Source: a virus (lineage: Duplodnaviria; Caudoviricetes). Taken from it: a stretch of DNA of 43,156 nucleotides. Below are positions 1-8,446 of the stretch, piece by piece. The stretch is from positions 1 through 43,156 of IMG/VR virus record IMGVR_UViG_3300024309_000003, one strand, 5' to 3'. Position 1 is the first letter of the stretch; each line of letters begins with the position of its first letter. Below the pieces are notes generated by a model. That model had not been told where the DNA came from, did no database searches, and worked only from the letters and a program-made list of their open reading frames with translations. A program made the position numbers and the translations under genes.

Positions 1-307
1 CCTCGGATTCTGCACGGGTCCGCTCGGCAATTCGGGCGTATTCCGCGACCTGCCCATTTGCGGCATCGATGATGTCGAGCAACTCCGGAAGGGCATTGAT
101 GCCCTCGATCAGCAGGCGTGCCGTGGGCCCTTCGGGTCCTGCCGGAAAGCACAGATCAGGATGGCCGTCGGGCTGGTTGCAGGGCGAGACCACCGGCACA
201 TGGTAGGGGTCCACGATTCGCCGCCAGGAATTGCTGGTTGCCAGCGTCCAGGGCAGCGGGCAGGCCTGGCGGATCAGTTCGCGCAGCTTCTGTGTGTCGA
301 TTGTCAT
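1..307 (-). CDS. Ead/Ea22-like early protein, truncated by window edge
   Basis: Hand translation MTIDTQKLRELIRQACPLPW...NALPELLDIIDAA; ATGA overlap with the upstream gene; frame open to position 1. Confidence 0.6.
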   Translation of the reverse strand, partial: MTIDTQKLRELIRQACPLPWTLATSNSWRRIVDPYHVPVVSPCNQPDGHPDLCFPAGPEGPTARLLIEGINALPELLDIIDAANGQVAEYARIAERTRAESE

Positions 308-489
308 TCGTCATCCTCCCGGAACGCGACGTACTGCTCATCCCAGTCGCCTGGCGTCATCTTGTCGGGCCAGTCGTCTTTCCCTTCGATCCCCTGCCGC
401 AGGCGCCAATCTGCGGCGAATTTTTCAAGGTCCAGGATGCGCGATTCCAGCCAAGCTCCGAGCGTCTGGGGTTTCGTGTCTGCGGTCAT
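304..489 (-). CDS. Hypothetical phage protein, 61 aa
   Basis: ATGA-coupled on both sides within the leftward operon. Confidence 0.7.
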   Translation of the reverse strand: MTADTKPQTLGAWLESRILDLEKFAADWRLRQGIEGKDDWPDKMTPGDWDEQYVAFREDDE

Positions 490-734
490 TTCAGAGCCTC
501 CAGGAATCCATCCAGGCAGGACCGAAAGCCAGCAGCAAAGCCGCCCTGGTATCCGTTTCGATCATCGGCCTTGTCGGCGCCGATGGCGTGTCCAGCGGCG
601 ACGCGCTCCATGCGGTCGAGCGCTGTCTGAATCTTGGCGCGCAGGTATTCGCCCTCGTAGGCGTCTGCTGCCGCATCTATGCTGCCCTGGTTGATGTGCA
701 GGCCAGACAGCGGGTGTTTGGTATCTATGGTCAT
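486..734 (-). CDS. Hypothetical phage protein, 82 aa
   Basis: AAGGAGG SD, ATGA-coupled. Confidence 0.75.
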   Translation of the reverse strand: MTIDTKHPLSGLHINQGSIDAAADAYEGEYLRAKIQTALDRMERVAAGHAIGADKADDRNGYQGGFAAGFRSCLDGFLEALK

Positions 735-1738
735 GCGACCTCCTTATTCAATCCCGATTCCGGCGCGTCGAAAAAGCGCGACAAGTGCGCATCCAGCTTG
801 GAGCGGTACGACGCCATTTCCGATTGCGCGGAGCTGGTGACTGCGGGATTCGTCCACCACCAGGGGATGCCCATCAACCACGCCGCAAACGCCGGATTCA
901 GTCGCCGGGGCGAGGAAGGGGAATTGCTGGATGATTCCGGGCCAGTCGCTGCTATCCGGGCCTGGGGCGAAGATTCCGAGTGCGTCACAAACGCTGATAG
1001 CGTCGGGCCGCTGGGCCTGTTGAAATGGCTCATCGTTGCTGCCCCCCCCCCTGTTCGCTCTTGAAGTCGCGGGCTGATGGGGTCGGAAACATCATTGATG
1101 CGCGGAACAGCGTGACCATTCCTGCATTGATGCTCCCGGCTGATTCTCCGTCCTGCGCCATCGGCGTCGGCCATTCGCCAAGCGAAACAAAACCATCGCG
1201 CCCGCCGATGACTGGCGCCCACTTCGGACGCGGAAAGAGTGATCCACTCCGCATCCCACCCTCGGTCGGCCAGTTCTCCCATGACTCGGGAGGCGGCGCG
1301 CTCTTCGAGTTCGCCTTCGGCTTCGTCCACAACGGAGGCGGTGGCAGAAGCGATGGCGCTGACGTTCTCCAGAATGAGGAATCGCGCCGCGCAATCGTCG
1401 GCAATGTCGCAGACCCGGAAAAACAGGCCTGACCGTTTGCCGTCGAGGCCAGCTCGTCGCCCCGCAATGGATAAATCCTGACATGGGAAACCGGCAATGA
1501 TGCAATCCACACGTCCGCGCCATGCTGCGCCGTCGAACGTGAGCATGTCAGACCAGACAGGCGACGGATCAATGATTCCCGCTTCCATAAGCGTGACAAG
1601 CTGGCTGGCAGCAGCGGCTTCGCGCTCCACGTAAGCCACGGTTCGGTATTCGTGTCCGAGAAATCGGAATGCAGCACGGACGCCTTCTCCAAGCATTCCG
1701 ACTCCGGAGCAGAGTTCAATTCCGGTAAGTACAGCCAC
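731..1738 (-). CDS. DNA cytosine-C5 methyltransferase, catalytic (alpha) frame; frameshifted at G10 so motif X is out of frame
   Basis: Motif I ELCSGVG, IV GFPCQDLS, VI ENV, VIII RARWF. Motif X (QLRAIGNGVVPLQA) lies in the third frame after 1042..1051 and ends at TAA 746..744. Confidence 0.9.
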   Translation of the reverse strand: MAVLTGIELCSGVGMLGEGVRAAFRFLGHEYRTVAYVEREAAAASQLVTLMEAGIIDPSPVWSDMLTFDGAAWRGRVDCIIAGFPCQDLSIAGRRAGLDGKRSGLFFRVCDIADDCAARFLILENVSAIASATASVVDEAEGELEERAASRVMGELADRGWDAEWITLSASEVGASHRRARWFCFAWRMADADGAGRRISREHQCRNGHAVPRINDVSDPISPRLQERTGGGAATMSHFNRPSGPTLSAFVTHSESSPQARIAATGPESSSNSPSSPRRLNPAFAAWLMGIPWWWTNPAVTSSAQSEMASYRSKLDAHLSRFFDAPESGLNKEVA

Positions 1739-1740
1739 AC
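1030..1740 (-). CDS. Overlapping alternative-frame (beta-type) methyltransferase subunit, truncated just after the G10 tract
   Basis: 236-aa frame inside the MTase gene with WPTPMAQD and FPTPSARDFKS repeats; with G8 or G11 it joins the motif IX-like LNPAFAAWLMGIP tail ending at 731. Confidence 0.7.
   Translation of the reverse strand: MWLYLPELNSAPESECLEKASVLHSDFSDTNTEPWLTWSAKPLLPASLSRLWKRESLIRRLSGLTCSRSTAQHGADVWIASLPVSHVRIYPLRGDELASTANGQACFSGSATLPTIARRDSSFWRTSAPSLLPPPPLWTKPKANSKSAPPPESWENWPTEGGMRSGSLFPRPKWAPVIGGRDGFVSLGEWPTPMAQDGESAGSINAGMVTLFRASMMFPTPSARDFKSEQGGGQQR
1042..1051 (-). repeat. G10 homopolymer (C10 on + strand) inside the C5 MTase
   Basis: Counted directly: g-cccccccccc-tgttc. 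Confidence 0.95.
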
Positions 1741-1741
1741 A

Positions 1742-1810
1742 TCATTCCTCCCACGGTCCCGGGTAATCGCGCCCTGGCTTCTGGCGCTTCTGGCGGCTAC
1801 GCTTGCTCAT
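1742..1810 (-). CDS. 22-aa basic peptide MSKRSRQKRQKPGRDYPGPWEE
   Basis: GGAGG SD, TGATG overlap with upstream stop; ends just before the two MTase GTG starts. Confidence 0.45.
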   Translation of the reverse strand: MSKRSRQKRQKPGRDYPGPWEE

Positions 1811-2034
1811 CACGCCTCCCTGACTGCAAGCATGACGTCGGCCAGGCGATAGGCCCGCGCAGCGACATCGTGAATCGACGAGGCGTTCGGCAGCGGATTT
1901 GCCGACCACCCCTGCATCGCCTGGGCGGCGAAGTAGTCGCGCAGGCTCATGCCGAAGCACGTCATTTCGGGCTGGCCGCTGCCGTTCAATTCCCATACCG
2001 GATATGCCGGGCCGCCGTCGTTTCGTTCGCTCAT
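1810..2034 (-). CDS. Conserved phage protein of the GGPAFP...GMSLRDYFAA family
   Basis: NDGGPAYP and GMSLRDYFAAQAMQG...AYRLADVML motifs; GGAGG SD. Confidence 0.85.
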   Translation of the reverse strand: MSERNDGGPAYPVWELNGSGQPEMTCFGMSLRDYFAAQAMQGWSANPLPNASSIHDVAARAYRLADVMLAVREA

Positions 2035-2035
2035 G

Positions 2036-2233
2036 TCAGCCTCCAAGATGGATTGCCAGCATCCCGCGATCCATGATCGGAAGGGCGTCGCTGCTGTTCA
2101 TGATTCGACGCAGTCCGGTTTCTCCGCCAGGAAATCCGGTGACCGCCGCCACCACGTCGAGTTTTCCTTGTTTGTCCGCATTGCGCAGGGCTGCGCGGAT
2201 GCGATCGTCTTGCTGTTGGTCGGTGATGTCCAT
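2036..2233 (-). CDS. Hypothetical protein, 65 aa
   Basis: GGAG SD before ATG 2233; in operon. Confidence 0.65.
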   Translation of the reverse strand: MDITDQQQDDRIRAALRNADKQGKLDVVAAVTGFPGGETGLRRIMNSSDALPIMDRGMLAIHLGG

Positions 2234-2316
2234 GTCTTGCTCCAAATAGGTGGGCGGGCGCGACAGCGAGTTGGGAGGAGGAGACCGGTGCCGCCGCGCC
2301 CTTAACGCCCATTGAT

Positions 2317-4125
2317 CTATGCCGCCGCGCTTTCCGCGACAGCCGTGGTTTCAGTGATCCGGCCTTCCTCGACCCAGAACCCGGTGACGCACGGGAAGAT
2401 CTCGAAATTCGGCAGTTTCTTGAACGTCCCGAACACCAGGGCGGTGTCGATCTTTCCGGCCTCGGCCAGGGCGTCCAGCCCGGCAATGCAATCGGCGCGG
2501 CTGGCCAAGTCCAGAATCCCGAACTCGTCGAGCGCCACCAGCTTGAGGCCCGACAGCTCGGCCAGCGCCAGCGCGATCTGCGCGTCGGCGCGCCAACGCT
2601 CGGACGCCGACAGCAGGGCGTAGGGGCGGCCGCCGGCATAGATGTCGATGTCGCCGTGGACGAGCTCGACGCGCGGGAAGTTCAGCGCCTGCTGCAGGCC
2701 AGCCAGGATCCGATTCACCGGGCCCAGGCCCTTGAGCAGGATGTCGGCCGGGATGCCGTCGGATGACAGCGCGTCGACGGCCGCCTGCCAGGCTTGCGCG
2801 TCTCGGTGCGCGGCGGCTGCCGCCTCAGTGCGGCCCTGGGCCCGGGCGGCGGCCTGTTGGCCGGCCTGCAGGCGGTTGAGATCGGCGCTGGCCTGGGCCA
2901 GCTCGTCCTCGGCGGCGCGCAGGAACTCGCGGATCCGCTCGACGTCGGCCTCACTGCCGCGCTCGATCTGTTGCTCGAGGCGCGCGCCGGCGGCCTTGGC
3001 GGCCTCGATGTCGCGGCGGTCGTTGTCCACTGACCGCTGCATCAGGTCGCGGGCCTTGCGGGCCTCGGGCAGTTGGACGGCGGCGATCTGAGGGTCGGCG
3101 AGGACGACATCCAGCGGGCCGTACTCGGCCTCATAGGCGGCCAGCGTCCGGCAGATTCGTTCGTGCAACTCGGTCGCCGAAGGAAGGATTTCGCAAACTT
3201 CGGACAGGCATGCGGCCAGGTCGTGCACCAGCCCGACACGCGGCCCGGTACCGGCGCGCTGCTCCAGCTGCTGCACCTGGTCGACCCAACGCTTCAGCTC
3301 GGCCTCGTCGCGCACCAGCTTGTCTTGGGCGGCCTGCAGCCTGGCGAACGCCTTCTGATCGGCCTCGCGGTTTTCCTGGGCGGCCAGCCACGCCTTGAGC
3401 TTCTGCTCGGCGGCGCCCAGCTCGGTGCGGCCGTTGGCGATGCGGTTGCGCAGGCCGTCGACCTTGGCCTGCAGCGCCAGTATGGCGTTTTCGTCGACAG
3501 GCGCACCCGCCGGCGCCGCCCAGGTCTCAGCCTTCACGTGGCCGTAGGCTTCGCCGGTGGTGGCCTTCCAACTGGCCTTGGCGTCGCGGCAGCGTTCCTC
3601 CGCGAACTTCGCGGCGCCCGGGAAGCCGGCGCGCAGCATCGGCGTCACCGACTCGATCACAGCGTCGGTCAGGCCGCGCTCGCGCATGGCGGCGACGATG
3701 TCGTCCTTGTTGCTGGTGGCACCGGTCAGGGCGAACAGCAACTGGCGGCGGTCGTCGGTGCTGGCCTGGGCGAATGCCGCCGGATCCAGGCAGTAGGGCA
3801 GGGCCTTGGTCATGGAGGCCCACTGAACCCCAGGATAGTCATGGATCAGGCCCCATTCGCCCTTGGGGGCGACGAATTCGCCTTTGCCGTTCTCGAATTC
3901 CACTACGACGCTACCAGCCTTCTGGCCGTCGTGCACCAGCATGCCCAGATCCTTCTTTTTCAGGACACGCTCGGGCATGCCCATAAGTGCCGCCTGGATG
4001 GCTTCGCGCACGCTGGACTTGCCCGCGTGGTTGGGCCCGCAGAACGCCGCCACCGGCGTCGGCAGGTCGGCAGAAACCTGGGCCACGCCCAAGATGTTGC
4101 TGATTTCGATGTGGTGAATACGCAT
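2317..4125 (-). CDS. Rad50/SbcC-like coiled-coil ABC ATPase
   Basis: Walker A GPNHAGKS, central coiled coil, signature LSASE, Walker B LVALDE. Confidence 0.85.
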   Translation of the reverse strand: MRIHHIEISNILGVAQVSADLPTPVAAFCGPNHAGKSSVREAIQAALMGMPERVLKKKDLGMLVHDGQKAGSVVVEFENGKGEFVAPKGEWGLIHDYPGVQWASMTKALPYCLDPAAFAQASTDDRRQLLFALTGATSNKDDIVAAMRERGLTDAVIESVTPMLRAGFPGAAKFAEERCRDAKASWKATTGEAYGHVKAETWAAPAGAPVDENAILALQAKVDGLRNRIANGRTELGAAEQKLKAWLAAQENREADQKAFARLQAAQDKLVRDEAELKRWVDQVQQLEQRAGTGPRVGLVHDLAACLSEVCEILPSATELHERICRTLAAYEAEYGPLDVVLADPQIAAVQLPEARKARDLMQRSVDNDRRDIEAAKAAGARLEQQIERGSEADVERIREFLRAAEDELAQASADLNRLQAGQQAAARAQGRTEAAAAAHRDAQAWQAAVDALSSDGIPADILLKGLGPVNRILAGLQQALNFPRVELVHGDIDIYAGGRPYALLSASERWRADAQIALALAELSGLKLVALDEFGILDLASRADCIAGLDALAEAGKIDTALVFGTFKKLPNFEIFPCVTGFWVEEGRITETTAVAESAAA

Positions 4126-4346
4126 GTCGGTCTCCAAATTCGGTGCCGGGTTACCTTCGTCCCGGCGGCTGCGTCAGGCCCTACGGCGGGTCATATGTGC
4201 AGCGGGTGCGATCAGGCGGCTGACCGTCCAGACCTGCGCCGGAGGCTCGGCGCGGATCCTCTCTGTGCGGCCTACGTCCTGCAGATCAGCGCTCGACCTG
4301 CAGGCCGCCCCGCGATGTTCTGCGGGGCGGCCTCTCGGGGGGTGTA

Positions 4347-5174
4347 TTAGGGGCGGCCGGCCACGATGTTGAATCCGGTCTCTGTTTGGATCCGGTTCAG
4401 TTCTTCCTCGACGGCGGTCTTAAACACGCGGTCGGGGCGGATCAACTCGTACCAGAACGTCACGCGACCGTCCTTTTCCCGGTACTTCAGCCGGGCTTCG
4501 ATCGGGTAGGCACTGGTGCTGCCATCGAAAACAGGCAGGCCGAGCGTGAAACGCTCGAAGACCTGCATTTTTGTGCGCGTGTCCTTGTCCTCGTCGTCCA
4601 CGTACTCGAACTGGGTGCCGCCGTTTTGGAGATTGATCTTGCTGCGCAGGCGCTTGTCTGCCGTGGCCTCAAAGCCCAGCGCCATTTGCAGGATGTCGGC
4701 ACCTTTCGGCATGCCTTCCACCGAAGCGACATCAGACATGTTGTCTTCCAGCCATGTCGCAAACTCGGCCTGGGAAAAGTTCTTGCGATCATGACCTGTC
4801 CAGCGCCGCCATTCGATGGCCTGCGTCGGCGTGAAGATGCACAGGTGATCCTTCCAGTCCTGCGCGTCTTCCTCGCTGCCGTGGTCGTTCAGGACGCACA
4901 CCAGATTAAATTTGCTGGCCTCGGCGTCGATGTCGGCATAGATGACGCTGGAATCTTGGTTGCCATGCTTGGTCGTGTAGAAGATGAAGCCCTTGGAATC
5001 GGTCGTCGTGACCTTGCCGCGCTTGCGCATAGGGCGCGGCATGTGTTTTTCCAGGCCATGCACGATGTAGTTTTCTGGCACCAGCACGCACGGCTCGCCG
5101 CCAGGAATTTCATGTGGTTTGGCCTGGGCGGCTCCGGCCGCCAGAAGCGTGGCGAAATTGTCTTGTGCATCCAT
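4347..5174 (-). CDS. DUF2303 (YfdQ-like) phage protein
   Basis: FSQAEFATWLEDN and LPVFDG...ARLKYR...FWYEL motifs; follows its usual partner gene. Confidence 0.8.
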   Translation of the reverse strand: MDAQDNFATLLAAGAAQAKPHEIPGGEPCVLVPENYIVHGLEKHMPRPMRKRGKVTTTDSKGFIFYTTKHGNQDSSVIYADIDAEASKFNLVCVLNDHGSEEDAQDWKDHLCIFTPTQAIEWRRWTGHDRKNFSQAEFATWLEDNMSDVASVEGMPKGADILQMALGFEATADKRLRSKINLQNGGTQFEYVDDEDKDTRTKMQVFERFTLGLPVFDGSTSAYPIEARLKYREKDGRVTFWYELIRPDRVFKTAVEEELNRIQTETGFNIVAGRP

Positions 5175-5183
5175 GTCTGTTCC

Positions 5184-5540
5184 TTATTTGGTGATGGTTT
5201 TGAGTTCGCGGACGGGGGCTGGGGTGACCTGCTTGAAATCGAATTTCTGCTGGCGAGGGTCCTCGGCAATGAGGTTCCCCTCCGGGGTCGCCCACAGCAG
5301 GGATTCAGGGGTCGCGCCCTGGGGCTTCTTGGCCGACACTTCGGCCTTGACCGCCAGGGCTCCCGCCGTGGACGGCTTGATGGCGATCTTGAGGGTGAGT
5401 GAGCCTGCCTTTTGCTGCGCGGTGACCGCGTTGATCAGGTCGCTGAACAGAGTGCCGGCGACATCCATGACCGGCACCAGGTCGCCGTCATCCGTCACCA
5501 TCAGGACGCGGTCAAGGTTTTCGTGAAGGGGTTTCGTCAT
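5184..5540 (-). CDS. Conserved phage protein usually paired with DUF2303
   Basis: KAGSLTLKIAIKP...ATPEGNLIAEDPRQ motif. Confidence 0.7.
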   Translation of the reverse strand: MTKPLHENLDRVLMVTDDGDLVPVMDVAGTLFSDLINAVTAQQKAGSLTLKIAIKPSTAGALAVKAEVSAKKPQGATPESLLWATPEGNLIAEDPRQQKFDFKQVTPAPVRELKTITK

Positions 5541-5546
5541 CGCGGA

Positions 5547-6722
5547 TTACTCCATGTCAGCCGCATCGGCGCGGCGGCGGGTTTGGCGGGTGGTGGAAGC
5601 GGGGGCGGGGGCCGGCTGGCGCTGAGGCTGTCGGTCCTCGGGCTCGAAGGGCAGGCCGTCATCGACGACGCCGTCGAGCTCGTTCAGGCGGCGCTCGTAG
5701 GCGGCCTGAAGTTCGGCGGCGCGCGCGGGGTCGCAGTCGCGGATCTCGTCGGCAGCGAGGAGCAGGACGTCGTGATCCGTGGCGCGTTGGATGCTGGCCA
5801 GGACCTTGTCGGCGTCCAGGTATTCAGGGGCCGGCGGGGTGGTCGGGTCGGGATCGGCGGCGGCTGGCCCACCAGCGTCCGTCGCGGCGGCCTGGTCGTT
5901 GCTGCCGTCGTCCTCGTCACCGTCATCCATGGGCGTGATGTAGTCGCCTTCCAGGACGTTATCCAGGGCCTGCGACCGGCCGACAGCGTTCAATTCATCC
6001 AGTGCGGCGGCGCTGGCCAGCTCGATCGACACCGGCAGGTACTTCACCAGGCGGCGCAGTACGGTCTTGCGGCCCATCTCGGCGTAGTGCTGGCCCCATA
6101 CCGTTGAGCGCTTATCCTTGGCGAATTTGTAGTTCTGGCTGTTGTCGCGGATCTCATTGATCTGCTCGGCGCTCATGACCTCGAAGGCATGGCCGCCGCC
6201 CACCAGCTTGGCGACCGCATAGAAGGCGATGACCGGGCCACGCGCGCCCATCGTGGGCTTGTGCGTCAGCGTTTCGTCCAGGCCGTAGCTGTACTCGAAC
6301 TCGTCGTTCGCGCAGACCTCATGGGCGGCGATGCTCACGATCTGGCCGCTGCGCCGCGCCAGGTCGATCAGGCCCTTGTAGCCCAGCACGATCTGGACCT
6401 CGGTGACGCCCTTCTTGCGGTTGTCGAACGGGATCAGGTAGGCGTGACCCAGCGGCGTGTTCGGCTCCAGGCCCAGCTGCGAGCAGTGCACGACGGCACC
6501 CATCAGGGACTCGACGCTGCAGTTCATCAACTTCGGCGTGGTGCGCAGCGCGCCCAGGGCGATTTTCAGCATGCGGTCGGCACTGACATGCTTGGGCAGC
6601 ACCGCGGCGAGAGATCCTTTCTGGCTCTCGAAGAATTTCTTGACGTTGCCGATGCCAGCTTCGCGGGCGACCATCTTCGAGGTCTGCTTCAGTTCGGCAA
6701 GGGACGTGGGATTTGCGGTCAT
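5547..6722 (-). CDS. recT: RecT-family single-strand annealing recombinase
   Basis: LGLEP, GHAYLIPF, GYKGLIDLARRSG and EMGRKTVLRRLVKYLP motifs; acidic tail. Confidence 0.92.
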   Translation of the reverse strand: MTANPTSLAELKQTSKMVAREAGIGNVKKFFESQKGSLAAVLPKHVSADRMLKIALGALRTTPKLMNCSVESLMGAVVHCSQLGLEPNTPLGHAYLIPFDNRKKGVTEVQIVLGYKGLIDLARRSGQIVSIAAHEVCANDEFEYSYGLDETLTHKPTMGARGPVIAFYAVAKLVGGGHAFEVMSAEQINEIRDNSQNYKFAKDKRSTVWGQHYAEMGRKTVLRRLVKYLPVSIELASAAALDELNAVGRSQALDNVLEGDYITPMDDGDEDDGSNDQAAATDAGGPAAADPDPTTPPAPEYLDADKVLASIQRATDHDVLLLAADEIRDCDPARAAELQAAYERRLNELDGVVDDGLPFEPEDRQPQRQPAPAPASTTRQTRRRADAADME

Positions 6723-6738
6723 GGTGGCGGTCTCCAGG

Positions 6739-7236
6739 TTAAATTTGCGGGATGTTGTTGGTGAGGTGCATGCGTGACTTCGCCTTCATATACGCGTCAT
6801 GCGCGGCCTCGGCAGTGTCGAAATAACCGAGGTGGTGGTTCTTTCCGAAGGCGTGTATCTGGGCGATGTACTTGTTCCGTCGGCGCGTCACGCCGAGCAT
6901 CCCGGTGCTGTTATTGATGCGAGCGCGTGAGACGTTCTGGTTATTGAGAAACCTGTCAGCTTCTCTGAGATTTGAGATGGCGTTGTGTGCGCGGCAACCA
7001 TCAATGTGGTCAATTTCGTCTGCTGGCCACCGACCGAAGACATACAGCCAGGCAAGCCGATGAGCGGCGTATCGAACTCCGTCAATCGTGATCTGTATGT
7101 ACCCCTTGCCGTTGTCGCTGCCGGCGATCTTTCCTGCCTTGTCTTTCCGTCTTGCGGCCTTCCAACGAAACACGCCAGTAGCGGGGTCGTAATTCAGCAG
7201 CAACTTGACGCGCTCTTGTGTGGGGGCGGATTTCAT
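6739..7236 (-). CDS. HNH homing endonuclease with AP2 DNA-binding domain
   Basis: YDPATGVFRW, AHRLAW, IDHIDG...N..SNLR, LGYFDTAEAAHDAY. Confidence 0.92.
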   Translation of the reverse strand: MKSAPTQERVKLLLNYDPATGVFRWKAARRKDKAGKIAGSDNGKGYIQITIDGVRYAAHRLAWLYVFGRWPADEIDHIDGCRAHNAISNLREADRFLNNQNVSRARINNSTGMLGVTRRRNKYIAQIHAFGKNHHLGYFDTAEAAHDAYMKAKSRMHLTNNIPQI

Positions 7237-8144
7237 TCAAACACCTCCATTGCCCATGTCGGCAAACCAACCACTCCAATAGCGTTGGAATACGCCGGCC
7301 ATTGCCCAGACCGAAGACATGCCGCATACGTATCGAGATTCCTTCTGTACTTCGTGCGTCCGGTTTCCAAGCTGGCTTCGTCAAGCATGACCGCCGAGGC
7401 TGCGTACGGATATTCAGTCTCTACGGCGAGAAAAATGAACCCCAGGACTTCGACGTTGGCCGCCATTGCATATCCGTCCGAGTAATAAGCAGCCTGGACT
7501 TCGTACCTCATGCGGGCGATCTGGCGGGCGAATTCGCCGGGCGAGGCGTTGCTGTAGGTCTTCACGTCCACCAGAATCACGCGCCGCTCTCCGGCGTCGT
7601 GCACCCAGTCCGGCCGGCACCTGCACAGCACGCCCGTCACCGGGTCGCGCCAATAGGCGGACACCTCAGGGCGGCCGTTGGCCAGCGCATCACGGATGTC
7701 GGGCAGGCGCAGCACGCTTTCGGCCTGGCGCAGGGCGGTCTCGCGCTGGGCGTGCGTGATGACCGTGCGGCCTTCGTTGGCCGCCAGACAGTCGCGCCAC
7801 CAGGCCATGGCCATCATGCTGTCGGCTGACGGGTTCTTGGCGTTCCATTGCGCGCTGGTGGGCTTGCGCGGCGCGTCCGGCGGCAGCGTCACGTAGCGCC
7901 GCTCGAACTCGGCGGGCTCCAGGATCGCGCAGTGCGCGAGGTGCCCCACCAGGCGCGCCGGCGTCTCGTCGTCGGCCTTGGGCGGCCGGGCCGGGTCCAG
8001 ATATTCGGCGAAGTAGTGCGCGGGGCTGCGCTCGATCAGGTCCAGGCCGGTTTTGCTGATCGCTGTCGTGTCAGCGTGGTAGGCGTCGATGTCCAGATCA
8101 GGATGGATGCCGATCAGATTGACGGGTTCGGTGACGGCGTTCAT
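7233..8144 (-). CDS. RecE/exonuclease VIII-like PD-(D/E)XK nuclease (DUF3799-like)
   Basis: ISKTGLD..RSPAHY, CRCRPDW, DVKT, YEVQAAYY; adjacent to recT. Confidence 0.88.
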   Translation of the reverse strand: MNAVTEPVNLIGIHPDLDIDAYHADTTAISKTGLDLIERSPAHYFAEYLDPARPPKADDETPARLVGHLAHCAILEPAEFERRYVTLPPDAPRKPTSAQWNAKNPSADSMMAMAWWRDCLAANEGRTVITHAQRETALRQAESVLRLPDIRDALANGRPEVSAYWRDPVTGVLCRCRPDWVHDAGERRVILVDVKTYSNASPGEFARQIARMRYEVQAAYYSDGYAMAANVEVLGFIFLAVETEYPYAASAVMLDEASLETGRTKYRRNLDTYAACLRSGQWPAYSNAIGVVGLPTWAMEVFE

Positions 8145-8446
8145 GCTCGTGCCCCCCATTCGGCAAACTTCAATGCGTCTTCCGCGGCATCCGCCCGGGC
8201 CTGATCGGCCGCGATTTTCTTGGCCGCGATGATCTCCTGCTCGATGGCGCAGCGGTCCTCGCTAAACATCCGCTTCTCGAGCCAGGGCGCCGGCCGGCCG
8301 CGGCCGTCGAGGACGACGAACTCGATCTCGGTGTAGCCGTAGCAGTCGTCGGGGCTATCTGCCCAGTAGCCTATGGCCGGCTGGTGGAAGTAGCGCGTCA
8401 CGCGCACGCGACACGGAATGCCTTGGATGTGGGTAGGCAGGATCAT
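8141..8446 (-). CDS. Hypothetical phage protein, 101 aa
   Basis: MILPTHIQGIPCRV...LDGRGRPAPWLE; ATGA-coupled. Confidence 0.7.
   Translation of the reverse strand: MILPTHIQGIPCRVRVTRYFHQPAIGYWADSPDDCYGYTEIEFVVLDGRGRPAPWLEKRMFSEDRCAIEQEIIAAKKIAADQARADAAEDALKFAEWGARA

Noticed and set aside
3073-5402. Long + strand ORFs (425 aa, 338 aa) and similar antisense ORFs such as 9530..10447 and 26031..27482
   Set aside because: Shadow frames of well-supported genes in GC-rich DNA, with no motifs
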